This document shows positions 33,180-41,521 of a DNA stretch of 64,000 bases, piece after piece. Origin of the DNA: Escherichia phage vB-Eco-KMB43; sequence record OR525698.1; one strand, written 5' to 3'. The notes under the pieces are model-generated. The model had not been told where the DNA came from. It ran no database searches and saw only the letters and a list, made by a program, of their open reading frames with translations. The stretch's first letter is position 1; each line of letters starts with the position of its first letter. Both the position numbers and the translations under genes were made by a program.

Positions 33180-34342
33180 TCAATCTTATCAGCCGGAATA
33201 AGTTTCTTATAATTCCGTAGATAGTAAGTTTTCATTGAATCCAGAATACGGTCATAATCAAGACCATCAAATGCAATCATCAGACACATGAAAATATATG
33301 CTTGTGCATCACCATGTTTACGTGATTCGATAGTCGCATTTGATGCATATGTCTTTCTGTCTTCTCCCGCGTGTGCGTTATAAAATTCTGTTGCTGTCGT
33401 GAAGGCATTGCGAAGAATAGACCTGAATGCTTCCTCGAATAGCTCGATTCGTTCCAGTGCTTCCGGTTCGCCTTCATATGCAGCACGCAAATCATCGGTT
33501 TCGCTTTCTACGACATAGTAGATCAGGTTATTAGGAAACATCGATGTGTTTTTAATGTTATGCACACCAATATACCATTCACTCTTCACTTTGAACATTT
33601 GACCGTCTTTAGTGCGTGCAACAATTCCTTCGATACCTTCTGCGGTCCGAACTTCATCAAGAATATTGCTAAAACGCGCTGAATCAACCTGTAACGCATT
33701 TACCAGATGAGGACGTAGGATTGCGTCAGAAAATAGCATTTGATGCGGTACGTACTCTCCTGTGACGTTATGGCGTACATTCAGAAGTGTTAGCGACGGT
33801 TCAGAATATTCTACAACAATTCGGTTGCTGGGCGCTGTATATTCAAAGTTGAAAGTATAATCAGACCCAATATCAGCAATCTTAGCGCGTAGATCCGCAT
33901 ACTTCTCTGAATACAGAAGACCGTTTGCTCTCTCTGCCTGGCTTGAGTACAAGGCCGCTTTAGACTTCAACTGAACATAGCCGTTATCAATGTATGTGCT
34001 TACTAGACTACCGTCCATTTTGTCCATGACCATTTCCACATCTTCCGGCTTAAAGCGAGCGCGATCATTCTCACCCAAATTAAAAAACTTCTCCATAGGA
34101 CGAGATGCGATGCGGACCGGACGACCTTTATCGTCAATTTCAAACATGATCCCGCGACACTCTAACGCATCTGGTTTATTCCACATTTCCGGTTTGCTCA
34201 AGTACAGATAACTAAAAATGCGCATACGGGTTTGCATCGCCGTAATTTCATCTTTGTAATAGAACGTATCAGATCCGTCACATAGTGCCATCAGATTTTT
34301 GAACAATGCTAAAACTTTTTTGTTGTTTTCTTTTGTTGACAT
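33173..34342 (-). CDS. rnlA: RNA ligase 1
   Basis: LFKNLMALC..., IFSYLYLSKPEMWNKPDALECRGIMFE, RIASRPMEKFFNLGEN, DGSLVSTY, EGIVARTKDGQMFKVKSEWY align with T4 Rnl1; track start overlaps denA by 65 nt, so the true start may be an internal Met. Confidence 0.9.
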   Translation of the reverse strand: MSTKENNKKVLALFKNLMALCDGSDTFYYKDEITAMQTRMRIFSYLYLSKPEMWNKPDALECRGIMFEIDDKGRPVRIASRPMEKFFNLGENDRARFKPEDVEMVMDKMDGSLVSTYIDNGYVQLKSKAALYSSQAERANGLLYSEKYADLRAKIADIGSDYTFNFEYTAPSNRIVVEYSEPSLTLLNVRHNVTGEYVPHQMLFSDAILRPHLVNALQVDSARFSNILDEVRTAEGIEGIVARTKDGQMFKVKSEWYIGVHNIKNTSMFPNNLIYYVVESETDDLRAAYEGEPEALERIELFEEAFRSILRNAFTTATEFYNAHAGEDRKTYASNATIESRKHGDAQAYIFMCLMIAFDGLDYDRILDSMKTYYLRNYKKLIPADKIDW

Positions 34343-34739
34343 AATTTGTGTTCCATTCTGGTTTAAATTTGGTGATCAAAACAGGTTCTTCGATATCGGC
34401 AGTGCTTATAATATCCTTACCCGTTGGATTCTCGATGTACAACTCAAAGCACTGTCGGTAATAGAATGTTACTGTCTTACCTTCCTCTAGCGCCTTATGA
34501 ATATTCTTACTCTTGCGAGTATCCGCTGTTGGTGTTTGTCTGTTAATGCTAGTCCGGTAATAATTGATCCGCTTTCTGAGATTGACAGTCTGACCAATAT
34601 ATACCAGTTCATCATCAACAACAATAGCGTAAAGAACATTTAAACGGTTCTTCTGAGGCGGCAGAATCACATCACCATCTTTACACTCTAAACATGAATA
34701 TTTAACGAATCCATAGTTTTCTATTAGCTCATTAATCAT
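34278..34739 (-). CDS. denA: endonuclease II (GIY-YIG family)
   Basis: NRLNVLYAIVVDDELVYIGQTVNLRKRINYYRTSINRQ matches T4 DenA NKYNVIYAIAINDELVYIGKTKNLRKRINYYRTAINRK. Confidence 0.9.
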   Translation of the reverse strand: MINELIENYGFVKYSCLECKDGDVILPPQKNRLNVLYAIVVDDELVYIGQTVNLRKRINYYRTSINRQTPTADTRKSKNIHKALEEGKTVTFYYRQCFELYIENPTGKDIISTADIEEPVLITKFKPEWNTNYVNKRKQQKSFSIVQKSDGTM

Positions 34740-34764
34740 TATCCTTTCCTCACGTCACAACAAA

Positions 34765-34782
34765 GGCGGGATTTCTCCCGCC
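34765..34782 (-). terminator. candidate terminator downstream of ORF 34790-35188
   Basis: GGCGGGA-TTTC-TCCCGCC hairpin. Confidence 0.5.
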
Positions 34783-34789
34783 CGCCTTA

Positions 34790-35188
34790 TTAACTTTCCA
34801 GAATATCGCGAGCTTCGTTACGCTCCTTGATGATTTTCAGGACAAATTCCAGTTTTTCTTTGTTCAGTGTTCCGTTTTCCATTGCTTCTTTGACGGTAAA
34901 CACTCCGCCACCTTGCCCGTATACAGTGACAGTGATTTCACCTAACATCGTGGTATGAAAACCGCCAATTTTCGGTGATTCGAAAGAAACAATTACCTCG
35001 CGAACAGTATTACCGTCGTTGATTTCTGAGAGGGTAATGTCGTTTTTGTAGGCGGTTGCTTTAACCATACGGATCAACATAGTCTGATCTGGTGAGATGG
35101 TCATTTTGTCCATTGCATGTTGCAATGCAGCGTAACCGAAAACTTTAACGAAGTCCAGAACATCTTTGCGAGTTTGAAATTTAATCAT
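34790..35188 (-). CDS. hypothetical protein (132 aa)
   Basis: Intact ORF downstream of a promoter cassette. Confidence 0.55.
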   Translation of the reverse strand: MIKFQTRKDVLDFVKVFGYAALQHAMDKMTISPDQTMLIRMVKATAYKNDITLSEINDGNTVREVIVSFESPKIGGFHTTMLGEITVTVYGQGGGVFTVKEAMENGTLNKEKLEFVLKIIKERNEARDILES

Positions 35189-35212
35189 CTTGATACTCCT
35201 TAGTTGTTTTGG

Positions 35213-35252
35213 TATGGGAGTATCTTACTACTCCCGTGATATGCTGTCAACT
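35213..35252 (-). promoter_or_regulatory. early promoter cassette, class with palindrome spanning the -10
   Basis: Reverse complement TTGACA-N17-TAAGAT within GGGAGTAGTAAGATACTCCC palindrome. Confidence 0.55.
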
Positions 35253-35258
35253 GCTTTT

Positions 35259-35408
35259 TTATGCAACCGCAAACATCAACATTTGAACATTCTTGGCTGT
35301 CTGGCTTTCAAAGTTCTGACATTCTTTGATAATGTCCTCTACTTTCTCGCCGGAGATCTCCGCGTAAGTTTCGATTGCCATTTTCAGTACCGCGTCAAAG
35401 TTGTTCAT
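35259..35408 (-). CDS. small hypothetical protein (49 aa)
   Basis: Manual translation MNNFDAVLKMAIETYAEISGEKVED...; GGAGAATCAAATG context. Confidence 0.4.
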   Translation of the reverse strand: MNNFDAVLKMAIETYAEISGEKVEDIIKECQNFESQTAKNVQMLMFAVA

Positions 35409-35437
35409 TTGATTCTCCTTAAAGTTTATTTCGTTTC

Positions 35438-35478
35438 GATGGGGGTATATTAATACCCCCGTTATTCAGTGTCAACTA
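35438..35478 (-). promoter_or_regulatory. early promoter cassette
   Basis: GGGGGTATATTAATACCCCC palindrome; shares an identical 27-nt stretch CGTTATTCAGTGTCAACTACTTTTTAA with the cassette at 35720-35758. Confidence 0.55.
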
Positions 35479-35694
35479 CTTTTTAATGACAATTTCGAAT
35501 TTTGCTACCTTGCGTCCTCGTTTATTGAAAGCAACCCACGGACGGTTTTCAATATAGAACAATTCTTCGCCAATAATGAATACTGGCTGATTGTAAAGGC
35601 GACCCATCAGGTCACGCTGGCGAATGGTAGTAGATTCGTATACTTCGCCTACTACAAAGTGTTTGCTGATAGAGTCGGTGCAAGTAAATTTCAT
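35476..35694 (-). CDS. hypothetical protein (72 aa)
   Basis: Intact ORF flanked by promoter cassettes. Confidence 0.5.
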   Translation of the reverse strand: MKFTCTDSISKHFVVGEVYESTTIRQRDLMGRLYNQPVFIIGEELFYIENRPWVAFNKRGRKVAKFEIVIKK

Positions 35695-35719
35695 TTTGAT
35701 TCTCCTTTGTTTCGTTTCG

Positions 35720-35758
35720 ATGGGAGTATCTTACTACCCCCGTTATTCAGTGTCAACT
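35720..35758 (-). promoter_or_regulatory. early promoter cassette
   Basis: Near-duplicate of the cassette at 35438-35478. Confidence 0.55.
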
Positions 35759-35763
35759 ACTTT

Positions 35764-35982
35764 TTACTTGTTGTATTCATTCCACCATTGGGTGAGCTTA
35801 TCAATTATTTTTGTGTTTCTATCCAACTTATCCCACCGTTTTCGAGGGTTTATCAACCGTAATAGGTAAGGTGTACTTGTTAAGTGAACTCGGTCAATAT
35901 AGTGATTGATGTACTGCTTTTCGATTCTAAGTTTCATCTTTTTACGATGAAAATATGCAATGACTTGTTCTTCTGTTTCCAT
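35764..35982 (-). CDS. hypothetical protein (72 aa)
   Basis: Intact ORF with GGAGGAACATATG context. Confidence 0.5.
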   Translation of the reverse strand: METEEQVIAYFHRKKMKLRIEKQYINHYIDRVHLTSTPYLLRLINPRKRWDKLDRNTKIIDKLTQWWNEYNK

Positions 35983-36003
35983 ATGTTCCTCCGTTTCGAT
36001 GTG

Positions 36004-36038
36004 CGTATTATGCTATGGCAAGATCAGATTGTCAACAC
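36004..36038 (-). promoter_or_regulatory. early promoter cassette
   Basis: Reverse complement TTGACA-N17-CATAAT. Confidence 0.55.
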
Positions 36039-36082
36039 CCAATAACAAAAAAGTCGCCACTATGGGCGACTTTGAACAAACA

Positions 36083-36559
36083 TTAATCATGACCGTGATT
36101 TGCAATATCCGCTCGCGTCTTATCTTTGTGATTTCCTACGTCAAAGACACGATAACCATTTTCACGCAAAACTTTAATCACTTCTGGGTTATCCTCAAAG
36201 ACTCCGACAACTTCATCTTTATCAAAGGATTTAATTACCTCTAATTTGATGTGATAGTCTTTACGGGAATCGGTACGGCCTCTCATAAAGATTTTATCAA
36301 AACACACCCCGTTAGAAATTAACCAATCAATTGTTTCCATGTAAGCATGTGAACTTCGTCCTGTGAGGATGTAAATCAAATGCCCGTTGTCGGAAAGAGC
36401 ATTAATAACACGAATTACATCGTAAATGGGGGAATCTCCCCCACATGCTTTGTTATATTCGATCCATGACTCGACTTTATCAAGATTTTCGGTTGGCATC
36501 TTTGCTAGTCGATGCGTTGGATCTGTGATCGTAAAATCTAAATCGACAAAATATATCAT
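36083..36559 (-). CDS. HAD-superfamily phosphatase
   Basis: FVDLDFTIT (DxDxT motif I), LTGR (motif II), GVFEDNP (motif IV). Confidence 0.65.
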   Translation of the reverse strand: MIYFVDLDFTITDPTHRLAKMPTENLDKVESWIEYNKACGGDSPIYDVIRVINALSDNGHLIYILTGRSSHAYMETIDWLISNGVCFDKIFMRGRTDSRKDYHIKLEVIKSFDKDEVVGVFEDNPEVIKVLRENGYRVFDVGNHKDKTRADIANHGHD

Positions 36560-37719
36560 AGATATTTCCCGAATCGGTTGTAGTCATCGTCTGTTAAATC
36601 GGTATTAACCTGAGATACCAGATACATAATCTCTACTTCTTGCGCTGCATTCTGTACTTCGTCAGAGTTTAACCACTTACGCATCCACGGTAAAGGATGA
36701 CGACGAACACTAAACGGGCTTTTCAGTCCGACAGCACGCATACGGGAATCTGCCAGGTATTCTACATAAGTTTTCAGAATTTCCGGTGACAATCCAGGAA
36801 TTGACCCCATTGCGAATAGGTGGTCTACCCATTCTTTTTCTTGCTCGACAACATCCAGAAAGATTTTCGTTGCTTCGCCTTCAAGTTCTTCCGCAATCTG
36901 TTTCCACTCATCACCATCAGCCCCCGTTTGCCATTGACGAATAATGTATTGTGTGCCTTTTAAGTGAAGTTGTTCATCACGCGCAATAAATTTCATGATC
37001 TTCGCGTTACCTTCCAGTAAACCACGTTCGGCAAAGCTGAAAGTACATGCAAAGGACACATAAAAACGGATTGCCTCCAGTGCATTAACGCAATGCATAC
37101 ACAGATAGAGTGATTCCATCAGATTGCGTTTAGTTTCTTCCACGTACGAAATGCTATCAGAATATGCATCAAGGTCAAATTCATTTTCAGAAGAACGACT
37201 AAAACTTTCTTTAGCGTCCTCGTATTCACGGATTTTCACCAGAACATCATCATAATATTTCCCGATAGATTCCGCTCGCTTCATGATAGCAGGGTTATCG
37301 ATGATCTGGTCGAACTCACTAGCCGGATCAATGAAACAGTTACGCATAATGTGTGTATAGCTTCGGCTATGAATCGTTTCGCTGAATGTCCATGTTTGCA
37401 ACCATGTATCGAGAGTTGGATCAGATACAATTGGACCAAATGCTGCGGACGGTGCGCGACCTTGAATAGAATCAAGTAATGTCTGATACTTCAAGTTTTC
37501 GGTAAAGAAACGCTTTTCAACGTCACCCATATTAAGATATTGAATGCGGTCGGTTGCAAGTGAAATCTCTTCTGGACGCCAGAAAAATGACAATTGCTTT
37601 TCGATCAGTTCTTCAAATACTTGATGACGCTGAATATCATAGCGAGCGATACCCAACCCACTACCCAGAAACATCGGTTCGTTCATAATATCAACATGTT
37701 CGCGGTTAAATACGCTCAT
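36556..37719 (-). CDS. nrdB: ribonucleotide reductase small subunit
   Basis: 387 aa; di-iron/tyrosyl radical region ...CVNALEAIRFYVSFACTFSFAERGLLEGNAKIMKFIARDEQLHL...; continuous ORF with no intron. Confidence 0.9.
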   Translation of the reverse strand: MSVFNREHVDIMNEPMFLGSGLGIARYDIQRHQVFEELIEKQLSFFWRPEEISLATDRIQYLNMGDVEKRFFTENLKYQTLLDSIQGRAPSAAFGPIVSDPTLDTWLQTWTFSETIHSRSYTHIMRNCFIDPASEFDQIIDNPAIMKRAESIGKYYDDVLVKIREYEDAKESFSRSSENEFDLDAYSDSISYVEETKRNLMESLYLCMHCVNALEAIRFYVSFACTFSFAERGLLEGNAKIMKFIARDEQLHLKGTQYIIRQWQTGADGDEWKQIAEELEGEATKIFLDVVEQEKEWVDHLFAMGSIPGLSPEILKTYVEYLADSRMRAVGLKSPFSVRRHPLPWMRKWLNSDEVQNAAQEVEIMYLVSQVNTDLTDDDYNRFGKYL

Positions 37720-37734
37720 TAATTCACCTCACTA

Positions 37735-37902
37735 TCACTTTTTAACACAAAAGAACTTAGTATTTCTGTTTATTTCGCTATCCTGCTGCAATTCCTGCAC
37801 AGCTTCAAAACAATTTTGATATGATGAAAACTCTACGCTGGTAACAGTTCCTTTATTATATACGCCTACGCTAACGGAAAGCAATAACCATAATGTAGCC
37901 AT
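37735..37902 (-). CDS. small hydrophobic protein, paralogue 1 (55 aa)
   Basis: MATLWLLLSVSVGVYNKGTVTSVEFSSYQNCFEAVQEL...; TAATG overlap with the upstream paralogue. Confidence 0.45.
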   Translation of the reverse strand: MATLWLLLSVSVGVYNKGTVTSVEFSSYQNCFEAVQELQQDSEINRNTKFFCVKK

Positions 37903-38075
37903 TAGTTCACCTTTTGTTTTTCAACGCAATATAGATTCATAAAGCGTTTATTGTCTTCGCGGATAATCTCGCGAGCTTTAACGCAATCCTGCTTTGTTGC
38001 AAACTCAATGCTTGACATATTTCCGTAATTATACATTGAATTGCTTATTGCAATCAATAACCATACAGTAGCCAT
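37902..38075 (-). CDS. small hydrophobic protein, paralogue 2 (57 aa)
   Basis: MATVWLLIAISNSMYNYGNMSSIEFATKQDCVKAREII... Confidence 0.45.
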   Translation of the reverse strand: MATVWLLIAISNSMYNYGNMSSIEFATKQDCVKAREIIREDNKRFMNLYCVEKQKVN

Positions 38076-38242
38076 TATCCGACAACCTCAAAACATTTAT
38101 CATCAGGAAGAATCGCCCATTCTACACCGTATTCATCCTCAACGTAGTAGCAAGTCCCATCATGTCGAGCATCATATTCATCACCAACAACAAAGCTATC
38201 AGCTAGTTCAAAATCTACAGCAACACATTTTAATTTGGTCAT
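38075..38242 (-). CDS. small hypothetical protein (55 aa)
   Basis: Start taken at ATG 38240-38242 with GTGAGGA RBS (track ORF extends upstream in frame to 38302). Confidence 0.45.
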   Translation of the reverse strand: MTKLKCVAVDFELADSFVVGDEYDARHDGTCYYVEDEYGVEWAILPDDKCFEVVG

Positions 38243-38271
38243 AATAAAATCCTCACTTGTTTTTGATGGTT

Positions 38272-38305
38272 GTATTATAGCGGGGATTTCTCCCCGCGTC
38301 AACAG
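38272..38305 (-). promoter_or_regulatory. early promoter cassette, copy flanking the methyltransferase gene (downstream side)
   Basis: ATTATAGCGGGGATTTCTCCCCGCGTCAACAG, identical over 32 nt to the copy at 39169-39202. Confidence 0.65.
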
Positions 38306-39150
38306 CTATTTGACAATCCATCGCAAGCATCAATGTAAGCACCTACAAAACTTTCTATAAAAAGTGCTCCGACTTGAGGAACTATCGCATTGCCATAACC
38401 GCGCAATCGTCCCATTGTTGAGGATACCCCATCAGCCAACAAGGGAATCGTGGGTTCAACAATTCGTTTTTTCCCGTCTCTGCATAGATACTCTGTTCCA
38501 CTGTCCCAAAACCGTAATACATCTTCACTTGTTCTGATAAATTTCCCGGCGCTAGTGATTTCCTCCCCGTTGCAAGTCTCGCTTCCATTCTCCGTTGCAT
38601 TGCTTCCGGCGATCTTGCTGATATATTCGTTACAGTAGGTGTTTGCCAACTCGTTAATAGCCCCGAAGAAAAGTCTGTCCCGCTTGTGCGGCGCACCGAC
38701 GATATCACATGATAATACCGCAGCCCCGACACTGTAACCTTCTCTTTCCAATTCCTCGTGAAGATCATCCAACCACCCCGTTTCGATAGCTTTTGCAACC
38801 TGTTCCCCAAAGAGCATTGGAGGTTTGCACGCTGACACGAGTTTAAGAAATGTCGGTGCAAGGTGTCTTTCGTCGAACTTTCCTTTTTGCTTTCCGGCTC
38901 TTGAAAATGGTTGACATGGTGGCGATCCGGTCCATAGCCTTGTTGTTTCTGGTACTCCAGCGAGTTGCAATGCTCTTGACCACCCCCCAATCCCCGCGAA
39001 GAAGTGACATTGTGTAAATCCTTCCAGATCTCTAGGGGTGACTTCTGTAATTGATCTTTCATCGACATACCCATAAGGAATTAATTTGTTTGCTATAAGT
39101 TCACGTAACCAGTTAGCCGCGCCTTTATCCCACTCATTGTAATAATTCAT
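38299..39150 (-). CDS. DNA (cytosine-5)-methyltransferase
   Basis: 283 aa; FFAGIGGWS (motif I), GSPPCQPFS (motif IV, catalytic Pro-Cys), GEQV (ENV-like), KRDRLFF (motif VIII), GNAIVPQV (motif X) in canonical order. Confidence 0.8.
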   Translation of the reverse strand: MNYYNEWDKGAANWLRELIANKLIPYGYVDERSITEVTPRDLEGFTQCHFFAGIGGWSRALQLAGVPETTRLWTGSPPCQPFSRAGKQKGKFDERHLAPTFLKLVSACKPPMLFGEQVAKAIETGWLDDLHEELEREGYSVGAAVLSCDIVGAPHKRDRLFFGAINELANTYCNEYISKIAGSNATENGSETCNGEEITSAGKFIRTSEDVLRFWDSGTEYLCRDGKKRIVEPTIPLLADGVSSTMGRLRGYGNAIVPQVGALFIESFVGAYIDACDGLSNSC

Positions 39151-39168
39151 TCTTACAATTCACCTCAC

Positions 39169-39202
39169 ATTATTATAGCGGGGATTTCTCCCCGCGTCAA
39201 CA
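39169..39202 (-). promoter_or_regulatory. early promoter cassette, copy flanking the methyltransferase gene (upstream side)
   Basis: Reverse complement TTGACG-CGGGGAGAAATCCCCGC-TATAAT. Confidence 0.65.
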
Positions 39203-39208
39203 GTTATT

Positions 39209-41452
39209 TTACAGCTTACAGGATGAACACTCGCTAGCGTCTTCCGTACCATCTGCACCGTCGCGAACGTTCGCATAATACAGGGTTTTCAGACCGTAAT
39301 ATTGAGCAAACAACATATCATCTAACACATCAGCAATATCGACTTTACCAGTCTTATAAGTGCTTGGATCGTATGATGTATTGGAACTAATCGCCTGATC
39401 CACAAACTTCTGCATGATCGCTGCCAGTGTCAGATAAGGCTTGTTACCTTTCTTGATCAGTGTCCAAAGCAGGTCAATAACATCAGCATTATTCTCTACG
39501 TTCGGAATAACCTGATTAAATTGCCCTTCTTTCGATCCTTTAACCGATACAATCCCGCGAGGCGGTTCAATACCATTTGTGCTGTTAGACACCTGAGAAG
39601 ATGACTCACAAGGCATCAGCGCCGAAAGCGTACTGTTACGAATGCCATATTTTTTCAGGTCTTCGCGCAGTTCTTCCCAATCCATCTCATACACCGGATC
39701 AACCAGTTCATCTACTGTCTTTTTGTACCAGTCGATAGGAAGTTCACCGCGACCGTAGCGTGTTTCGTGCATCAGTTCGCAAGCACCCTTCTCTTTTGCG
39801 AGTTGCACACTAGCCTTAATCAGAGCATATTGCAAGCGTTCAAACGTTTTATGCGTAAACTCGTTAGCGTCTTCATATGTGAAGAAATTATCTGCTAGAT
39901 ATGATGCAAAGTTAGTAACACCAACGCCCAGAGAGCGACGTTTTTTGGCTGTCAGAGCTTGTTCTACAGGATAATCCTGATAATCTAACAGGTTGTCAAG
40001 TGCACGCACCATAACCATAGCAATGCGTTCTACTTCTTTCATGTTTTCGATATCGAAATTACCTAAAACATATGCTGCCAAAGTGCATAGGCTGATCTCT
40101 GAATCATCACGACCCATCGGTTTAGTAGGCAGTGCAATTTCACAACACAGGTTAGATTGTTTAATCGGTGCTACATTACGAATAAACGCCCCGTGATTGT
40201 TCATGTTGTCTGTGAACGTTGGGTAGATTCGACCAGTGTTAAAACGTTCAATTGCCACCGCTAAAAACAGGTCTTCGGCTTTAACACGAGTTTTACGAAC
40301 ACTCGGATCTTTTTCCAGTTTTTCGTAAAGCTGGCGGAAACCTTCCTCATCTCGGAAGTACAGATCCCACAACAAGCCACCTGCAACATCTGGACTAAAC
40401 AGAGTAATGTAATCCCGTTTAAGGAATCGCTCTACCATCAGGTTATTAATCTGTACGCCGTAGTCAAGATGGCGAATGCGGTTATCTTCCACGCCCTTAT
40501 TGTTCTTTAACACAATCAGACTTTCAAACTCTAAATGCCACATTGGGTAATAGAGTGTCGCTGCCCCGCCACGAATACCGCCTTGTGAGCATGACTTAAC
40601 GGCAGTCTGAAAATGTTTCCAGAATGGGATAACGCCAGTATGACGAACTTCACCATGCCCGATCTTAGATCCTTCCGCGCGAATCATACCAGCATTGATA
40701 CCGATACCAGCACGCTTGCTAATATACTTGATGATTGCATTTGCTGTTTCGTTGATGCCCTGCAATGAATCATCAGATTCGATCACCACACACGAACTAA
40801 ATTGGCGTGTTGGGGTACGCACACCTGCCATAATCGGAGTAGGCAGAGAGATTTGCTTATTCGCAACAGCATTATAAAAATCAATCACATGTTCAAGTCG
40901 ATTTTCTGTCTCTTCTTGATGCAAGCACATACCGATCAGCATATACGCAAATTGCGGTGTTTCGATGATTTTCTTAGTGCTGCGATCCTGAACAAGATAT
41001 TTCTCTTTTAACTGCATCGCACCAGCATAGGTCATTTTAAAATCAAGTTTATGGTCGATGAATTTCTCCAGATATTCCACTTCTTCACGGGAATATTTTT
41101 GCAGAATTTCGCGATCATATTTTCCGGTTGCAATATTACGCTCAATATGGCTATAAAAATCAATAGGTTGGAATTGACCGTATACTGATTTACGAAGCGC
41201 GAACATTGCAAGGTTACTTGCTACATATTGATAATCAGGTGTTTCTACAGTAATGTTATCTGCGGCGACCTTAATCAATACTTTCTGGATATCATTGGTA
41301 GACATACCTTCTGTCAGAAGTGGTTCAACCATATCAAACAATTCATATGGATCAACGTTATGACCTTCGGCTGCCGCTTCCAGAATTTTCATTACTTTTT
41401 CTTTTTCAAACGGAACAGTCAGACCGGAAGACTTAACAACATTTTTAATCAT
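39209..41452 (-). CDS. nrdA: ribonucleotide reductase large subunit
   Basis: 747 aa; N-terminal ATP-cone, catalytic-site motifs (NLCCEIALP, CESSSQ) and C-terminal redox cysteines (CSSCKL). Confidence 0.9.
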   Translation of the reverse strand: MIKNVVKSSGLTVPFEKEKVMKILEAAAEGHNVDPYELFDMVEPLLTEGMSTNDIQKVLIKVAADNITVETPDYQYVASNLAMFALRKSVYGQFQPIDFYSHIERNIATGKYDREILQKYSREEVEYLEKFIDHKLDFKMTYAGAMQLKEKYLVQDRSTKKIIETPQFAYMLIGMCLHQEETENRLEHVIDFYNAVANKQISLPTPIMAGVRTPTRQFSSCVVIESDDSLQGINETANAIIKYISKRAGIGINAGMIRAEGSKIGHGEVRHTGVIPFWKHFQTAVKSCSQGGIRGGAATLYYPMWHLEFESLIVLKNNKGVEDNRIRHLDYGVQINNLMVERFLKRDYITLFSPDVAGGLLWDLYFRDEEGFRQLYEKLEKDPSVRKTRVKAEDLFLAVAIERFNTGRIYPTFTDNMNNHGAFIRNVAPIKQSNLCCEIALPTKPMGRDDSEISLCTLAAYVLGNFDIENMKEVERIAMVMVRALDNLLDYQDYPVEQALTAKKRRSLGVGVTNFASYLADNFFTYEDANEFTHKTFERLQYALIKASVQLAKEKGACELMHETRYGRGELPIDWYKKTVDELVDPVYEMDWEELREDLKKYGIRNSTLSALMPCESSSQVSNSTNGIEPPRGIVSVKGSKEGQFNQVIPNVENNADVIDLLWTLIKKGNKPYLTLAAIMQKFVDQAISSNTSYDPSTYKTGKVDIADVLDDMLFAQYYGLKTLYYANVRDGADGTEDASECSSCKL

Positions 41453-41500
41453 ATTACCTCACTTCATATTTTAGCAGGAACAAGTTTTATCCTCCATATT

Positions 41501-41516
41501 GGGGGCTTTCGCCCCC
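41501..41516. other. GC-rich hairpin in the td-nrdA intergenic region
   Basis: GGGGGC-TTTC-GCCCCC; similar hairpins at 52008-52023 and 57737-57752. Confidence 0.4.
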
Positions 41517-41521
41517 TTTGT

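Noticed and set aside
38382-39074. 230-aa minus-strand ORF in an alternative frame inside the methyltransferase gene
   Set aside because: Completely embedded in the well-supported MTase reading frame; its translation has no recognisable motif
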